Of a stretch of DNA of 64,000 nucleotides, positions 60,870 through 64,000 are shown one piece after another. A program made the position numbers and the translations under genes. How positions within the stretch are numbered: position 1 is the stretch's first letter; every line of letters begins with the position of its first letter. The stretch comes from Paramoeba atlantica. Its lineage: Eukaryota; Protista; Discosea. The notes below the pieces were generated by a model. The model was given only the letters and a program-made list of their open reading frames with translations, was not told the origin of the DNA and searched no databases. The stretch lies in the NCBI GenBank assembly GCA_977017575.1, contig CDRNVI010000163.1, positions 134,518-198,517 of the forward strand, written 5' to 3'.

Positions 60870-61143
60870 TCCATTGGACGCAAAATACCAAGCTTGTTTT
60901 TTCTTTCTGTTTGACACGTTCGATTAATTTTCAAATCGGATTCGAACGAGAATTCTTCTGATTTGGGATGATTCAAAGAAAGATTTTTTACTTTTCCACA
61001 TTTTCTTGTGGAATTATTCTAGGCGTGCCATCTTTTGCAATTTTCAAAGAGAAGTTTGGTTGATTGGTCAAAGCAAAGAAGAAAGTGATTATTGTTTCAA
61101 AATTTCAAAGAGAAATGAAAAGAGAAATGAATTTTATCATTTC

Positions 61144-63490
61144 TTAGATTTTTGATTTCCACAATTGAACTGATTTTTGTTTTGGTTGTGACACCAAGAT
61201 CGAACCAAATGAATCAACAACAACCCAAACCGGACATTCCATGTGACCTTTCCCAAACGAAAAAAGAAACGTTCCATCTTTCTCAAACACACTCACTCTC
61301 TTATTTCCAAGATCACAAACAACAATTCGACCTTTCCCATCCACATCAACACCTTTTGGAGAGTGAAATTGAGAATCTCCTTTTCCTTCTGTTCCAAAAC
61401 ATCGAATCAAATTCCCTTCAATATCCATCACCTGAATTCGATGATTCCAACAATCAGAAATAACAAGAAGTCCATCTCTTCTATCAACCGCAACACTAAA
61501 AGGACTGTTAAACTGACCTTCAGAAGAACCTTCCGAACCAAAAGAACGAAGAAAAGATCCATCATCATTGAACACTTGAATTCGATGATTCAAAGTATCA
61601 GCAACAATAATTCGACCTTCTCCATCAACAACCAAACCACAAGGTTTACTAAACTGTCCAAATTGAGAACCTTCTGATCCAAATGATCTGATAAATTCTC
61701 CTTCTTTGTTCAAAACTACAACTTTGAACTCAATCCAATCAAGAATCACAATTTCATCATTCAATCCAATTGAAACATCAATAGGAAACAACTTTCGCGA
61801 ATTAATTGCTTTTTCAACTGATTCAATCACATTCCATTCTCTATCCATCACTCTCAAAAAACCATCTTCACAAATGAAAAAAGTACCATCACGATTCACA
61901 TCCACTCCAGAAGGTTGTTCGTCACTTTGAAATGAAGAAACAAAACAAAGACCATCACCACAATTCACTCCTTTCTCTCCTTTTGTTGAGAAGAAGAGTG
62001 ATGATTCATTCACAATATCGTTCGCAGTTTCGAGAAGTGTTGAAAAAAGATGGTCTTCAAAAAGAGAAACATCTCTGGGGGTGTTGGATAATCGAATAAT
62101 TGTATCTTGTCTCATTCTCAAATCTTCTTTCTCCAATTTAATTTCTTTCTTTTCCCCTCTTTTCATTTCTAATTTCTTTTCTAAATTTTTGATTTCTTTT
62201 TCAACTTTTTCTTCCTTTTCTTCAATTTTCTTCAATCTATTTTCCAATCGAACTCCAATCTTCACAACTTCTTCTCTCTTCTTACAAACACTCTCTTCAA
62301 GAGATCTCACTTCTTTTTTGTGTTCATCATGTTTTTCGAGAAGACAACAAACACAAACAAACTCACAACATACAAAACAAAACCCACTCACAACTTGAGA
62401 ATTGTGTTTTGAACATTGTTTCTTTTTCAAAACATCCAACCCACCTTCCCTAAACAAAATCATCATCAATTTTAAACAATCAACAAAAAAAAAAGAAAAC
62501 AAACAAAAAAGGGAAAAAAGAAAAAAAAGAAAAAGAAAAAAAAAGAAAAACAATACAAATCAGAGTTTCGAGGATGATATTGTTCACGTTTGTGATTTCG
62601 AGTGAAAACATTTGAACTGTGAGATGGATTACAAGTCTCACAAATAAACATCTCACATTTAGAACAAAACATTTGAGTTCTTTCTCCACACATTTCGAAA
62701 TTGAAACATTCTTCATCTATTATTCAATTTTGAGTTTTTTTTCTTTAAATCCCTTCAAAAATAATGTGTAAAAAAGAGAAAGAGAATAGAGAAAAGAAGA
62801 GAAAAGAGAAAGAGAAAAGATAGCAATGGGAAAAACCTCGTTGATTGGAGGAAGGGGATAATATTTTGGAATAAAGTAAAACATCAATTGTTTCAGGAAT
62901 TAAAAAGTTCGATTCAAGAGAATCCACAGATTCACACTCAATTCTTTCTCGACAAATTGGACATTTCCAACCTCCATCTGAAGACCTTGTTGTTGTTGAA
63001 GGAGAGGTTGAAGTGGAAGAGGAGGAAGAGGAGGAAGGAGAGGGAGTAGAGAAAGAAGAAGAGGAAGGTGAAGAAGATGATGGAGGAGAAGAGGAGGGCG
63101 AAGAAGACGAGGACGAAGAGGAAACAAACATTTTTTGAAGACAACCAAGACAAAAAGAATGATGACAAGGGAGAATTCTTGGTTCTCTTTCCCAACACAT
63201 AATTTCAAAACAAACCCCACACGAAATCCAACATCTTCAAGACTATTCTCTTTTTCTTCTTTTCTTCTATTTCCATTTCCATTTCCATTTTTCTTACCCA
63301 CCATCACTCTTTCTTCATCCTCTTTTTCTTTTCCTTCATATTCTTTCTTTCCATTATCAACCTCTTGAACAACAATATGTTGTTGATCTGTCTCTTCTTG
63401 TTCTTTCTTTCCTTTTTTTGATCTTCTCAGTTTTCCTTCATTCTCACTTCTTGTTGTTTCCCTCTTTCTCTTTCCGCCTCTTTCACTCAT
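61144..63490 (-). CDS. TRIM-NHL-type protein (RING, two B-boxes, coiled coil, NHL repeats), with an apparent 1-nt frameshift just before the RING
   Basis: RING CGVC...PCHHSFCLGCL...CPICR. B-box1 CFNFEMC...FCSKCEMFICETCNPSH...NH. B-box2 CSKH...FCFVCCEFVCVCCLLEKHDEH. NHL repeats FSKPCGLVVDGEGRIIVADTLNHRIQVF and FNSPFSVAVD. Confidence 0.88.
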
Positions 63491-64000
63491 TTTTTCATTC
63501 AAGAAGAAAAATGGAAAACGAAGAAAAAGTCAAACAAAATCAAGATCTGGAAAGAGAAAAAAAATACAAATTAAAAGATGGAACAACAAAAAAAAAGAAA
63601 AAGAAAAAAAGAAGAGAAAAAAACACTTTTCTCGTTTTTGAAAGACCCAAGAAAAAAGGGGAAAGGCGATCTCAAACAACAAACAATCGCCGAAAGGGAT
63701 AGAAAGATGAGAAAGAGAGAGATGAGAGATGAGAAAGAGAGAAAACGGAATTGTTGGGTTTAAATAGTTGGTATGGGTTTTTATACACTTCGTTTGGGTG
63801 GCAGTATGGACCCTTTTGAAATTTCTTTTTTTCTCTTTTTTCATTTTTCCTTCGGTTCGAAACAACAACTTGAAGAAGAAGAAAAACTCTCTCTCTCTCT
63901 CTTCTCCTTCTTTGTGTGGTCCTCTCAAACTCGTTCTTGTCATTCTGAACACAAATTTGGTGGTGTGAAAGAAAGAAAGAAAGAAAGAAAGAAAGAAGTG

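Noticed and set aside
63530-64000. ORFs at the right edge
   Set aside because: Low-complexity promoter or intergenic DNA ending in (GAAA)n, with no supportable gene model.

Overview
Gene-dense, AT-rich nuclear DNA of a free-living eukaryote, by inference an amoeba-like protist. It uses the standard code and GT-AG introns that are often filled with (CT)n, (T)n or (TAAAA)n microsatellites, so most short ORFs in the supplied track are microsatellite or antisense artefacts. Manual splicing gives about 18 genes, left to right: a GNAT-VOC fusion (running off the left edge and missing from the ORF track); an eEF2 paralog with a destroyed GTPase site but an intact diphthamide loop; an unknown protein; an atypical G-alpha; a DDE_Tnp_4 transposase spliced in frame to SWIM and C2H2 fingers; a LINE ORF2 fragment; a large possible MUN/DUF810 protein; two tandem small secreted proteins; a talin-like UBL-pseudoRhoGAP-SH3 protein; a TMEM164-like protein; ataxin-2; a TLC-domain protein; a giant RasGEF; two tandem S10 carboxypeptidases; a bacterial-type arylsulfotransferase; a YeiH/PSE sulfate-exporter-family transporter; and a RING-Bbox-NHL TRIM protein. 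An approximately 890-bp tandem array lies between the arylsulfotransferase and the transporter. The best candidates for new biology are the GTPase-dead eEF2 that keeps the diphthamide motif, the transposase-SWIM-C2H2 fusion, the arylsulfotransferase plus sulfate-exporter pair, and recurrent partial exon copies (exon echoes) that duplicate splice sites. All family calls come from motif recognition by eye and no database search was run.
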